From: a virus | Taxonomy: Duplodnaviria > Heunggongvirae > Uroviricota > Caudoviricetes | Virus record (IMG/VR): IMGVR_UViG_3300033124_000732 | DNA length: 64,000 nucleotides | Reading direction: 5' to 3' (one strand) | Part shown: in pieces, positions 1 through 7,655 of the stretch | How the letters are laid out: every line of letters begins with the position of its first letter | Position numbering within the stretch: position 1 is the stretch's first letter | Notes under the pieces: generated by a model | Seen by the model: the letters and a program-made list of their open reading frames with translations, nothing else | Databases searched by the model: none | Told to the model about the DNA's origin: nothing | Translations under genes and position numbers: made by a program

Positions 1-178
1 ACAAGTAACATGGTGGATTACCGCAGTCCATGGCATGATGTTTGGCCAAACGATGTGGTTGTCTTAGGACTTTTGTACTGGCACCATGTGCTTTGGCAAT
101 CTTAACTTGCCGAGCAATGGCCACTTCTGTTTTGTGCCCACGACTTGAATTTTTAAATTTAGCAAATTCGTTAGCCAT
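1..178 (-). CDS. hypothetical small basic protein, N-terminal part only (gene runs off the window start)
   Basis: Minus-strand ATG at 176-178 shares a base with the stop of the upstream ORF (TGATG). Translation MANEFAKFKNSSRGHKTEVAIARQVKIAKAHG... stays open to position 1. No recognisable domain. Confidence 0.3.
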   Translation of the reverse strand, partial: MANEFAKFKNSSRGHKTEVAIARQVKIAKAHGASTKVLRQPHRLAKHHAMDCGNPPCYL

Positions 179-450
179 CAGCCACCTCTTCCACTGGCTT
201 TTCTAACAGGTACTCCTGTGATCATTGGCACGCCGTAGTTTTGTTTGACTTTGGTTTTTTTGTTTTTTGTTGTGGGACGAGTGGCTTCATGTTTTTTAGC
301 AAGAGCCTCTCGCACAGCGTCGGTTAGTTTGGAAGGTTTGGTTTCGTTCATATAACTATTTAACAATGTGTGATCAGTATAACACAGTTCTACATAGTTG
401 TCAACTAAACAGGCCGCGCAATAATGGTTCTTTGTAGAGCATTTGAGCAC
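178..450 (-). CDS. possible small Cys/His-rich protein (start uncertain)
   Basis: 90-aa ORF with a CxxC...C..H pattern. It overlaps the 3' end of the TerC-like gene by 50 nt if started at 450; an internal Met at 351 is the alternative start. No RBS seen. Confidence 0.2.
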   Translation of the reverse strand: MLKCSTKNHYCAACLVDNYVELCYTDHTLLNSYMNETKPSKLTDAVREALAKKHEATRPTTKNKKTKVKQNYGVPMITGVPVRKASGRGG

Positions 451-976
451 CCACTACTGCCAACACAGCTGAACCGATGTAGATAGCACGTGGCCACCGT
501 TCAAGGATTCGATTTACTATGGTAGAACCAAAAAGGATTATGGGAACAGAGACAAGCAGTCCAAATATGATCACCCACCAATTGCCATTGGCAGCGGCTG
601 CAATGCCTAATGCGTTATCTATGCCCATCACAGCATCGGCCATCATGATGGTACCCAACGCCCCCCAAAATGTGGTTGCGGTATGATCTGCATGTTCCGC
701 GTTGTCAGCGAACACCAGTTTCCAAGCAATGTAAAACAGTGCTAGGCCACCAACCAGTCTAAGCCCTGGGATGGTCAACAACCAAGTAAGCACAGCCACG
801 CTGGCAAATCGTATGCCTATAGCACCCACAGTGCCCCATAAGATAGCCTTGCGGCGTAAGTGGGGTGGCAACTTGTTAGCAACCATGCCAATGATCAAGG
901 CATTGTCGCCGGCTAACACTATGTCAATTAATATTACGGCCAGAACGGCCCATGCAGAAGCAAGAAAATACTCCAT
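401..976 (-). CDS. TerC-family integral membrane protein
   Basis: 191 aa with multiple TM segments and repeated GDNA / DNALG motifs typical of TerC/YjbE/Alx-family proteins. Confidence 0.6.
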   Translation of the reverse strand: MEYFLASAWAVLAVILIDIVLAGDNALIIGMVANKLPPHLRRKAILWGTVGAIGIRFASVAVLTWLLTIPGLRLVGGLALFYIAWKLVFADNAEHADHTATTFWGALGTIMMADAVMGIDNALGIAAAANGNWWVIIFGLLVSVPIILFGSTIVNRILERWPRAIYIGSAVLAVVGAQMLYKEPLLRGLFS

Positions 977-1107
977 TGGGAGTCTCCTAAAGAAACTGGT
1001 CTCGCCCGAGACCCATTCTCTCTACACACCGGATGCTGTGGCATCGTATTGACGACGTGTAAAACCTACTGATAGTAGGCAGGCTACTCCCCAATGGAGT
1101 ATTTATA

Positions 1108-1623
1108 TCAACTGTTTAGAACACGTGACACCGAAGTAACAACTGCGGCAATTCGTCCAATATCACGAAGTTGTTCTACTGTGTAGCCTTCCTTCTTGAG
1201 CGTTTCGTAGTGTGCTTTCACACAGAAGTGGCACTTGCCCACAATTGAAGCTGCCAAACTATACGCTTCAAACCGAGCCTTGGTTGTGCCACCGTGACTT
1301 GCAATAGCATTCATGCGCAACTGGGCTGGCAAGCCTTTGAGATTCTCATCATCGGCCATCTCAACATAAGGATACCAGATGTTGTTTTGTGCCATAATTG
1401 AACCGGCGGTGAGTGCCGCATCACGCTCTTTGATGTCCACAATACCGCTAGAAATAAACGTAACCAGTTTGCCATTGCCTGTTGCAAAGGCTGCTGCCAG
1501 AGCAACAGCTTCTGCTTCTTCAGGCGCCAAGGTACTGCGTTTGATCACAGCATCCAAGTTTAACTTGGTATCCTTGGCGTACTCGGGCAGACCTTCTTTG
1601 ATTTGATCTACCCATGCAGTCAT
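1108..1623 (-). CDS. ahpD: alkylhydroperoxidase AhpD (carboxymuconolactone decarboxylase family)
   Basis: CxxCxxxH motif (CHFCVKAH) characteristic of AhpD. The start ATG at 1621-1623 overlaps the ahpC stop (ATGA), mirroring the mycobacterial ahpC-ahpD arrangement. Confidence 0.75.
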   Translation of the reverse strand: MTAWVDQIKEGLPEYAKDTKLNLDAVIKRSTLAPEEAEAVALAAAFATGNGKLVTFISSGIVDIKERDAALTAGSIMAQNNIWYPYVEMADDENLKGLPAQLRMNAIASHGGTTKARFEAYSLAASIVGKCHFCVKAHYETLKKEGYTVEQLRDIGRIAAVVTSVSRVLNS

Positions 1624-2162
1624 TTCAGTGTGTCTCCGCCCACAGTGCGATTGCAAGCACACAGTTCACCAGTTTGCAAGGCATCAAGCACACGCAAAGT
1701 TTCTTCGGGTGAACGGCCAACGTTCAAGTTGTTCACAGTCACATGCTGTATCTCATTGCTGGGGTCAACAATGAATGTGGCACGAAGTGCAGCACCTGCT
1801 GGAGCATAGAACACACCCAGTTGTTCAATCAAGCTCAACTCACCGCGCTGAGTGTCAGCAAATTGATGATGAGTGATTTTTTGTAGATCGGCGTGTGCTT
1901 TTTGCCATGATACTTTGCAAAACTCATTGTCAGTTGAGCCTGTGAGCAACACAGCGTCACGGTCAGCAAAGTCTTGAGCCAGCTTGTCGTATGCAACAAT
2001 TTCAGTTGGGCACACAAAGGTAAAGTCTTTGGGGTAATACACAATCACTTTCCACTTGCCTTCAAAACTCTGTTCGTTGATGGTATAGAAAGCATCATCG
2101 GGTTGCCCGGGTTTTACGCCAGTGATTGCAAATGGTGTTAATTTATCGCCTACAGTTTTCAT
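1620..2162 (-). CDS. ahpC: peroxiredoxin AhpC (typical 2-Cys)
   Basis: FTFVCPTE peroxidatic-Cys motif and a resolving Cys near the C-terminus. AGGAGA RBS 7 nt upstream of the ATG at 2162. A TATAAT-like box (TGCTATATAAT) lies about 45 nt upstream. Confidence 0.85.
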   Translation of the reverse strand: MKTVGDKLTPFAITGVKPGQPDDAFYTINEQSFEGKWKVIVYYPKDFTFVCPTEIVAYDKLAQDFADRDAVLLTGSTDNEFCKVSWQKAHADLQKITHHQFADTQRGELSLIEQLGVFYAPAGAALRATFIVDPSNEIQHVTVNNLNVGRSPEETLRVLDALQTGELCACNRTVGGDTLK

Positions 2163-2285
2163 ATTTTCTCCTATGTTAATGAAACTCAGTGTTTGTACTG
2201 ATACGCTATTATATAGCATAGGAGATGTCTAAGTCAAGGCATTTTGCTATTGTATTTTTTTATGATGGCGTTTGGTATTTTTTAT

Positions 2286-2360
2286 TGGCCGGCCCTGAGA
2301 GGATCGAACTCCCACCACATGGTTCGAAGCCACGTATTCTATCCATTGAACTAAAGGCCG
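2286..2360 (-). tRNA. tRNA-Arg(UCG)
   Basis: Cloverleaf with T-loop GTTCGATCC, anticodon loop CTTCGAA and encoded CCA. Confidence 0.8.
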
Positions 2361-2442
2361 AAATTGGTGCTCCCAACTGGTAACGATCCAGTGTTTCTAC
2401 ATTACCAATGTAGTGTAATACCTTTATACTATGAGAGCTAAG

Positions 2443-2517
2443 TGGAGCAGGATATCGGGTTCGAACCGATGACATTCACGTTGGCAACGTGACATTCTAC
2501 CACTGAATTAATCCTGC
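2443..2517 (-). tRNA. tRNA-Gly(GCC)
   Basis: T-loop GGTTCGAACCC, anticodon loop TTGCCAA, encoded CCA. Confidence 0.85.
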
Positions 2518-2530
2518 GATCCTTTACTTA

Positions 2531-3001
2531 TTAAGCAGCTCGAAGACTTTTAAATCTATCTGCCGCGTATGATGCCGCAAATGCTTCAGGCTTCACAAAC
2601 GGAATCACATTGCATGTTCCTTTGATGTAGCCCACAGCTTGTGAGATCACACAGCTTGAACCGTACTGTTCGTCTGGGTTGATGTCCAGGTGAACTTCAA
2701 CTTGACGTCCTTCCAGCACATCGGCCAGCTTCAAATATAGTTCTGAAACCTTGTAAACTTCAGTCATCAAGCGCATGGCTGGCTTGCCTGGTTTCACGTC
2801 CCACACACGTTCGCGTTGAACTTCACCAAACAGTTTGCAACCATTGTTGCCGTTGATATGTACCACAATGGCCAACACATAGTCAGCATACCACACACCG
2901 TCAAGTTTGATTCGTTCAGAATCGCAGCCAAGGTAGATGCGAGTTTCCGGTGTTTGAGCCTGAATAAATTCTGCTACCGATGCTATGTTGAGCTTTTTCA
3001 T
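2531..3001 (-). CDS. hypothetical protein (156 aa)
   Basis: Clean minus-strand ORF between tRNAs. No motif recognised. Confidence 0.55.
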   Translation of the reverse strand: MKKLNIASVAEFIQAQTPETRIYLGCDSERIKLDGVWYADYVLAIVVHINGNNGCKLFGEVQRERVWDVKPGKPAMRLMTEVYKVSELYLKLADVLEGRQVEVHLDINPDEQYGSSCVISQAVGYIKGTCNVIPFVKPEAFAASYAADRFKSLRAA

Positions 3002-3044
3002 TTTTTACTTTCTATTTAACTCAAGAACTGTTACAGTTATATTA

Positions 3045-3124
3045 TGGTACCCTTGCTCAGATTCGAACTGAGAACATATACTCCCTTTTGAGGAGAGTGA
3101 CTTTACCAATTTGTCCACAAGGGC
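3045..3124 (-). tRNA. tRNA-Leu(CAA), type II
   Basis: 80 nt with a long variable arm. Anticodon stem CTCTC/GGGAG with loop CTCAAAA. Encoded CCA. Confidence 0.8.
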
Positions 3125-3129
3125 GTGGT

Positions 3130-3561
3130 TTAAAAATCTTCAGTTACAGCCGCAAAATCTGCAAGATCGCTTGTGTCTTCGTCGTAGCGCACACTTCCTC
3201 CGTAGTAGCCATTGTGGCTGTTACGAACTTCTATGTCTATGTACCCACGATCGGTACGTATGGTCCAAAACCCATCTTGCACAACTTCGTAGCCATCTTC
3301 GTCGTCACGATTTTCGCTCCAACCTTTGTCTTCTACGCTTACCACGGTTGCGCCGCGTAAGACATCAAACACGTCACTGTGACCAAACACAGTTTCCACA
3401 CCGTTAACGTGATTGAACCATACTGAGTTGCAACAATCGTTTTCGGTGTTAAAACGATAGTGCCGTCCGTGAATGTCGCGAAACACTAGGCTCCACCCAT
3501 CGTTACCTATCAAAAGACCATTGATGCGTTTGCCCACCAGTACATTAAATTCACTCATCAC
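3130..3561 (-). CDS. hypothetical protein (143 aa)
   Basis: ORF directly downstream of tRNA-Leu on the same strand. No motif recognised. Confidence 0.5.
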   Translation of the reverse strand: MMSEFNVLVGKRINGLLIGNDGWSLVFRDIHGRHYRFNTENDCCNSVWFNHVNGVETVFGHSDVFDVLRGATVVSVEDKGWSENRDDEDGYEVVQDGFWTIRTDRGYIDIEVRNSHNGYYGGSVRYDEDTSDLADFAAVTEDF

Positions 3562-3596
3562 AGTCTCCTTTCTTGGTTATAAGACAAATTAAAATT

Positions 3597-3673
3597 TGGT
3601 GCCCCAGAGGAGACTCGAACTCCTAAAATTTGGTTTCTAAGACCAACACGTATACCAATTCCGTCACCGGGGC
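3597..3673 (-). tRNA. tRNA with anticodon UAG (Leu-decoding), atypical type I (short variable loop)
   Basis: Perfect 5-bp anticodon stem TTGGT/ACCAA with loop CTTAGAA. Only 77 nt with a 5-nt variable loop. T-loop TTCGAGT, encoded CCA. Confidence 0.7.
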
Positions 3674-3684
3674 GTAAATACAAC

Positions 3685-3891
3685 ATGCAATCCAAACAAG
3701 ACTCCATTAAAAAAATAGAGCGTTTGCTTGCAATGGAAACATTGGGCAAAACGTTTGTGACCAAACAACAACAGTTGGCCTACGAGCGCGGATATCTAAC
3801 AGGGTTAGTGGCTACCCTAGCCTACAACGACAACTCAATCGAGCATGTTGTAAATCAACGCATCAAACAACTTACACCTAAAATTCTCTAA
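3685..3891 (+). CDS. possible small protein (68 aa) on plus strand between tRNAs
   Basis: Only plus-strand ORF in the tRNA array. No RBS or motif support. Confidence 0.2.
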   Translation: MQSKQDSIKKIERLLAMETLGKTFVTKQQQLAYERGYLTGLVATLAYNDNSIEHVVNQRIKQLTPKIL

Positions 3892-3893
3892 CT

Positions 3894-3968
3894 GGTACCA
3901 GGAGACGGGATCGAACCGCCCACACGCGGATTTTCAATCCGCTGCTCTACCGACTGAGCTATCCTGGC
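3894..3968 (-). tRNA. tRNA-Phe(GAA)
   Basis: Close match to bacterial tRNA-Phe (GCCAGGATAGCTCAGTCGGTAGAGCAG...GGATTGAAAATCC). Confidence 0.9.
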
Positions 3969-3973
3969 ATAAA

Positions 3974-4048
3974 TGGTGGGTGATGAGAGGATCGAACTCC
4001 CGACAAACTGCGTGTAAGGCAGCGACTCTACCGCTGAGCTAATCACCC
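3974..4048 (-). tRNA. tRNA-Val(UAC)
   Basis: GGGTGATTAGCTCAGCGGTAGAGT... with anticodon loop CTTACAC. Encoded CCA. Confidence 0.9.
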
Positions 4049-4053
4049 GTATA

Positions 4054-4145
4054 TGGTGGAAGTGGTGAGATTCGAACTCACGGACCCCTTTCGGAGCCGG
4101 CAGTTTTCAAGACTGCTGCCATAAACCGGACTCGGCCACACTTCC
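4054..4145 (-). tRNA. tRNA-Ser(UGA), type II
   Basis: 92 nt with a long variable arm. Anticodon loop CTTGAAA. Encoded CCA. Confidence 0.85.
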
Positions 4146-4338
4146 TAAAAAATTAAAAAAGATACTGCTTTGCGTTTAAAGGTACTGAACATCCTTTCGG
4201 GCAGCTCACATCCTTCCCGGCACATGGTTCGACTGTGACTAGCAGTCCTGAACTTAATCCCAGCGGTCCTGGATAACGTTAAGGTCCCTAGCAGTTGGGC
4301 CCATAGTCAATGAGTTTTTCACACATCTTTTCTAAACT

Positions 4339-4414
4339 TGGAGTAGGTGACAGGACTCGAACCTGCATTATACGGATTTGCAATCCGGCGCCTAGCCATT
4401 CGGCACACACCTAC
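4339..4414 (-). tRNA. tRNA-Cys(GCA)
   Basis: Anticodon stem CCGGA/TCCGG with loop TTGCAAA. T-loop GGTTCGAGTCC. Encoded CCA. Confidence 0.85.
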
Positions 4415-4415
4415 A

Positions 4416-5276
4416 TTAATACATTGAAGCTTCGTTGCTTCGATATTCATAATCATCGGGCAACACAACAGCCCGACTACGATCAATCAATTGATCAAAT
4501 CCTGCACCAGGAACGCCCATAACTCTTACCTGCCTACGCCGACTGGTAACTACTGGCACTCCGTGTAAAAAATAATCACTGCTGAGATACATCGAGTCAT
4601 CAGCAAACCGGGCAGTCTCGACGTCGTTGTCTAGTCCCCAGTACAGCGGTACTCCACCGTTGGTGATATTCAAAGTAACAACCACATAACCTTTGTGAGC
4701 CATACCGTTGTTTAAAATTGGATTAGAACCATGCGAGTACAACCGCATGCTGTCTCTGTGTATGATAGCACAACGACCTGGTTCAAGACTCACACAACTG
4801 ACCCAAACTATACGACTCAGGCACAGTTTGTTATAAATGAAGTCAATCAGTTTCAAATTTAATTTGGCAAATTCTGATTTTAACCGCCATTCTCTTTCGG
4901 GTGCAAAATTTCTAGCTGCCAGTAGACCTTTACTTCCGGCTTCTTTTAACACAGGCTCGTCACTATCGGTCACAATCATTTCAGTCATTATGGCCTGTAA
5001 CCAACTGGGGTTACCAAGATTCTGCAATGAAGTTCTATCAGTTGGGCGATCTGCCCAGCTAGGATGCAATGTACCATCTTGCTGAGTATACATGTCAGGA
5101 GGTATCATGCCCCATTGACGATTGAGTTCTGTTGTGGCATCTCTGCCTCTAGTGCTATTGTAGATAAGCCGGCTCCGGGGCATGATGTATCGATCGTATT
5201 CGTAAACAAAACGATCGCGATCATACTCCACAGTCATTGGCGCATAAGCAATATTGGCGTAAGGTGCTGTTGTCAT
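4416..5276 (-). CDS. hypothetical protein (286 aa)
   Basis: Long ORF. Start set at the second Met (5276) because the upstream extension overlaps tRNA-Pro. Confidence 0.55.
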   Translation of the reverse strand: MTTAPYANIAYAPMTVEYDRDRFVYEYDRYIMPRSRLIYNSTRGRDATTELNRQWGMIPPDMYTQQDGTLHPSWADRPTDRTSLQNLGNPSWLQAIMTEMIVTDSDEPVLKEAGSKGLLAARNFAPEREWRLKSEFAKLNLKLIDFIYNKLCLSRIVWVSCVSLEPGRCAIIHRDSMRLYSHGSNPILNNGMAHKGYVVVTLNITNGGVPLYWGLDNDVETARFADDSMYLSSDYFLHGVPVVTSRRRQVRVMGVPGAGFDQLIDRSRAVVLPDDYEYRSNEASMY

Positions 5277-5280
5277 AAAT

Positions 5281-5357
5281 TGGTCGGAGTACGAGGGTTC
5301 GAACCTCGGACCTCCTGGTCCCAAACCAGGCGCACTACCAGGCTGTGCTATACTCCG
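5281..5357 (-). tRNA. tRNA-Pro(UGG)
   Basis: CGGAGTATAGCACAGCCTGGTAGTGC... with anticodon loop TTTGGGA. Encoded CCA. Confidence 0.9.
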
Positions 5358-5363
5358 TGTGTT

Positions 5364-5582
5364 TTATTTTACTTTGGGTTCTTGACTTTTGTCAAGTTCA
5401 TGGGGTTCGGCAAATCTTGTGCCGTGACCCAAATTCCAACTGTCTGCTGTGAAAATTCTTACGGGCTTCCAGTAACGATGTATGATGTTGTTGATAGCAA
5501 CCACTGCTGCCACAATCACTACAAATCCTACTGCTGTCAAAATACTGCCAGCTAAGAATACAGCCGCTTGATCTATGTCCAT
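5364..5582 (-). CDS. small membrane protein (72 aa)
   Basis: One strongly hydrophobic segment (FLAGSILTAVGFVVIVAAVVAI). Exactly fills the gap between tRNA-Pro and tRNA-Gly. Confidence 0.4.
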   Translation of the reverse strand: MDIDQAAVFLAGSILTAVGFVVIVAAVVAINNIIHRYWKPVRIFTADSWNLGHGTRFAEPHELDKSQEPKVK

Positions 5583-5595
5583 TGTTTGTTCCTTG

Positions 5596-5669
5596 TGGAG
5601 CAGGGTAGGGGAATCGAACCCCTCGCTTTAGCTTGGAAGGCTAAGGTATTACCACTATACGAACCCTGC
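5596..5669 (-). tRNA. tRNA-Gly(UCC)
   Basis: Anticodon loop CTTCCAA. T-loop GGTTCGATTCC. Encoded CCA. Confidence 0.85.
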
Positions 5670-5717
5670 GTTAAAATACTTATTATACAACACTCAGGCA
5701 TTGTTGTAAAGATCATT

Positions 5718-5792
5718 TGGTTGCCATGGACAGTTTCGAAATGTCGACCTATCGCTTATCAAGCGATTGCTCTTCCTCTGAGCTACACGGCA
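5718..5792 (-). tRNA. tRNA-Ile(GAU)
   Basis: Anticodon stem CGC/GCG with loop TTGATAA. Slightly atypical T-arm (TTTCGAAA). Encoded CCA. Confidence 0.7.
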
Positions 5793-5798
5793 AAAACT

Positions 5799-5872
5799 TG
5801 GCACGGGTACTAGGGCTCGAACCTAGAATGACAGAGTCAAAGTCTGTAGTGTTACCATTACACTATACCCGA
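5799..5872 (-). tRNA. tRNA-Gln(UUG)
   Basis: Anticodon stem CAGA/TCTG with loop CTTTGAC. U1-U72 first pair. Encoded CCA. Confidence 0.7.
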
Positions 5873-6448
5873 ACAATTCTCATAAACATATTGAGCATAG
5901 GCCAAATGTGCGTCAAGATTAAAATGCCCCCATTCAGTGCAAGGATAACCCTGTTGTATTGACCAGTCGCAGAAATTTTTATTTACAGGCCACTTCACAG
6001 AAGCTGGCCATTCAAAACTCACAGGCCAAAAACTATCTATGTTTATGACCTTACACATGGCATTCATTGCCAGAATATTTTTTAACTTATTCAGTCGACC
6101 AGTGGTATCGTCTGTGCAATTTACCAACCATTGCTGTCTATATGCTTCAGCAGTGATAGATAAACCACCAGGCACAATAGGCTGCCAGGCACCGGAGCTC
6201 GGATCCCATACTTCACTGCGATTACAACCAGTCCAACATGCAATTACAATATCATACTCATGATGCTGTTGTTCACAAATTCTAAACATGGCATCATTTG
6301 AGCCACCTGTAATTGCACAATTGGTAGGATTGTATCCTAGCATTCTTGCCAGGTGCATGGCATAACTGTTGTTTTGATCGTCTTGACCCGGATGTGAAAT
6401 TTCATTGCCCGATGCATGACTACATCCTAAAATTAATGCTTTTTTCAT
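5858..6448 (-). CDS. GCSH-motif protein (SGNH-hydrolase-like?), paralog of 42035..42763
   Basis: 196 aa; its N-terminal LILGCSHASG matches the VNGCSHTAA motif of the 242-aa protein at 42035..42763. The 3' end overlaps the tRNA-Gln 5' end by about 15 nt. Confidence 0.55.
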   Translation of the reverse strand: MKKALILGCSHASGNEISHPGQDDQNNSYAMHLARMLGYNPTNCAITGGSNDAMFRICEQQHHEYDIVIACWTGCNRSEVWDPSSGAWQPIVPGGLSITAEAYRQQWLVNCTDDTTGRLNKLKNILAMNAMCKVINIDSFWPVSFEWPASVKWPVNKNFCDWSIQQGYPCTEWGHFNLDAHLAYAQYVYENCSGIV

Positions 6449-6461
6449 GCAATTACTTATA

Positions 6462-6536
6462 TGGTGGATGTAAGTAGAGTCGAACTACCACTTGACTCCG
6501 TATGAAGGAGGCGCACTACCATTATGCTATACATCC
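6462..6536 (-). tRNA. tRNA-Met/Ile2(CAU), elongator type
   Basis: Regular G1-C72 acceptor stem GGATGTA/TACATCC and anticodon loop TTCATAC. Encoded CCA. Confidence 0.8.
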
Positions 6537-6541
6537 ATGTT

Positions 6542-6633
6542 TGGTACCCCCACCGGGAGTCGAACCCAGATGAACCAATTATCTGTTGCTTACGGGATAT
6601 AAATCCGCCGTTTTACCATTAAACTATAGGGGC
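6542..6633 (-). tRNA. atypical 92-nt tRNA-like gene, type II length, anticodon arm unresolved
   Basis: Good acceptor stem, D-arm and T-arm (CTGGGTTCGACTCCCGG) with encoded CCA. About 40 nt between the D- and T-arms; the best anticodon stem is only 3-4 bp with loop TTTATAT or a 9-nt loop ATTTATATC. Confidence 0.45.
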
Positions 6634-6638
6634 ATGTC

Positions 6639-6713
6639 TGGGGTGTCGTATGAGAATCGAACTCATGACAGCGGAATCACAACCCGCGGTTTTGCCACTA
6701 AACTAACGTCACC
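6639..6713 (-). tRNA. tRNA-His(GUG)
   Basis: Extra G-1 pairing with C73. Anticodon stem CGGG/TCCG with loop TTGTGAT. Encoded CCA. Confidence 0.85.
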
Positions 6714-6796
6714 ATATAGGAACACACTCAGGCGTAGTAGTTCGTTAGCCCACTAAGATACACGGCTACCACCCGTGTCATTAGTTGAGTGTGTTT

Positions 6797-6873
6797 TTAT
6801 ATAATGAAATAGTGAACAGGATTTGCACCTGTGCCCACAGCCAACGACTGCACTCTACTACTAAGCTATCACC
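6797..6873 (-). other. tRNA-like remnant / structured spacer element
   Basis: Carries the same flanking motifs as neighbouring tRNAs (GTGTTTTTATAT on one side, TCACCATATAGGAACACACT on the other). T-loop is non-canonical (TGCAAAT) and the acceptor stem cannot be closed. Confidence 0.2.
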
Positions 6874-6940
6874 ATATAGGAACACACTAATTACGTATTG
6901 CCGCCTCCAGCAACAGTCGCTACTTCAATGTGTTTTTATA

Positions 6941-7015
6941 TGGTAGGGGCGCCGGGATTCGAACCCGAAATTGGCAGATTAAAAGTCTGCTGTGATACCG
7001 TTTCACCACACCCCC
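6941..7015 (-). tRNA. tRNA-Lys(UUU)
   Basis: Anticodon stem GCAGA/TCTGC with loop CTTTTAA. T-loop GGTTCGAATCC. Encoded CCA. Confidence 0.85.
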
Positions 7016-7115
7016 GGTATCTTATCACTCTTGTCACTACTCATGACAGTTCTCCTTTTGTAAAAATAAAAATAACCAGGGACCTAACTCGTCAAGGGAG
7101 AGTATGGCTATGAGT

Positions 7116-7193
7116 TGGTACCACCTGAGAGATTCGAACTCCCCGCCCCTGCGTTCGTAGCACAGTGCTCTAATCCAAATGAGCTAAGGTGGC
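7116..7193 (-). tRNA. tRNA-Arg(ACG)
   Basis: Anticodon loop CTACGAA. T-loop AGTTCGAATCT. Encoded CCA. Confidence 0.8.
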
Positions 7194-7404
7194 ATATTGA
7201 ATTTGAGAGTAGTAGCATCACTGTTATTGCTACCATTGACCCGTGTAATAAAGCCGGCCGGGAGGGTGATACGCCACTTGGGATACTTAACACACAGATT
7301 GATAACTTAGTTGTGTACGGAATCACGCCGCCCGTGCTTTACACTAGGTTGACCTTCGAAGAATCTTCCTAGCGTGTCTTTCTCTTGCTGACACTCTCAA
7401 AACT

Positions 7405-7478
7405 TGGTGCCCCACGACAGAATCGAACTGCCATCACAGGATTACAAAACCAGTGTACTACCATTGTACTAGTAGGGC
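7405..7478 (-). tRNA. tRNA-Thr(UGU) (probable)
   Basis: Clean acceptor, D- and T-arms. The anticodon arm has U-U mispairs; the best fold gives loop TTTGTAA. Confidence 0.6.
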
Positions 7479-7484
7479 GAATTG

Positions 7485-7574
7485 TGGTGGAAGACTAGGG
7501 AGTCGAACCCTATGACCCTATTACTAGAATCTACAGATTAGCAATCTGCTGCATTACCGTCCTGCCCGTCTTCC
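7485..7574 (-). tRNA. tRNA-Ser(GCU), type II
   Basis: 90 nt with a long variable arm. Anticodon stem CAGA/TCTG with loop TTGCTAA. Encoded CCA. Confidence 0.75.
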
Positions 7575-7579
7575 TGACT

Positions 7580-7655
7580 TGGCTCCCCAGCGTGGGATCG
7601 AACCACGGACACCTTGATTAACAGTCAAGTGCAACTACCGCTGTGCTACTGGGGA
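7580..7655 (-). tRNA. tRNA-Asn(GUU)
   Basis: Anticodon stem CTTGA/TCAAG with loop CTGTTAA. T-loop GGTTCGATCCC. Encoded CCA. Confidence 0.85.

Noticed and set aside
2260-2475. 71-aa ORF from the six-frame track
   Set aside because: It lies entirely across tRNA-Arg(UCG) and tRNA-Gly(GCC) on the same strand, so it is an artefact of translating tRNA sequence.
6542-6633. Group I intron inside the odd tRNA
   Set aside because: The extra sequence is only about 20 nt, far too short for a group I or II intron. No P7 or domain V-like elements are present.
6797-6873. Additional tRNA gene
   Set aside because: The T-loop is TGCAAAT rather than TTCRANY, and the acceptor stem cannot be formed (needs 5' ATAGTGA, observed GGTGATA). 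It is kept as a remnant, not a tRNA.
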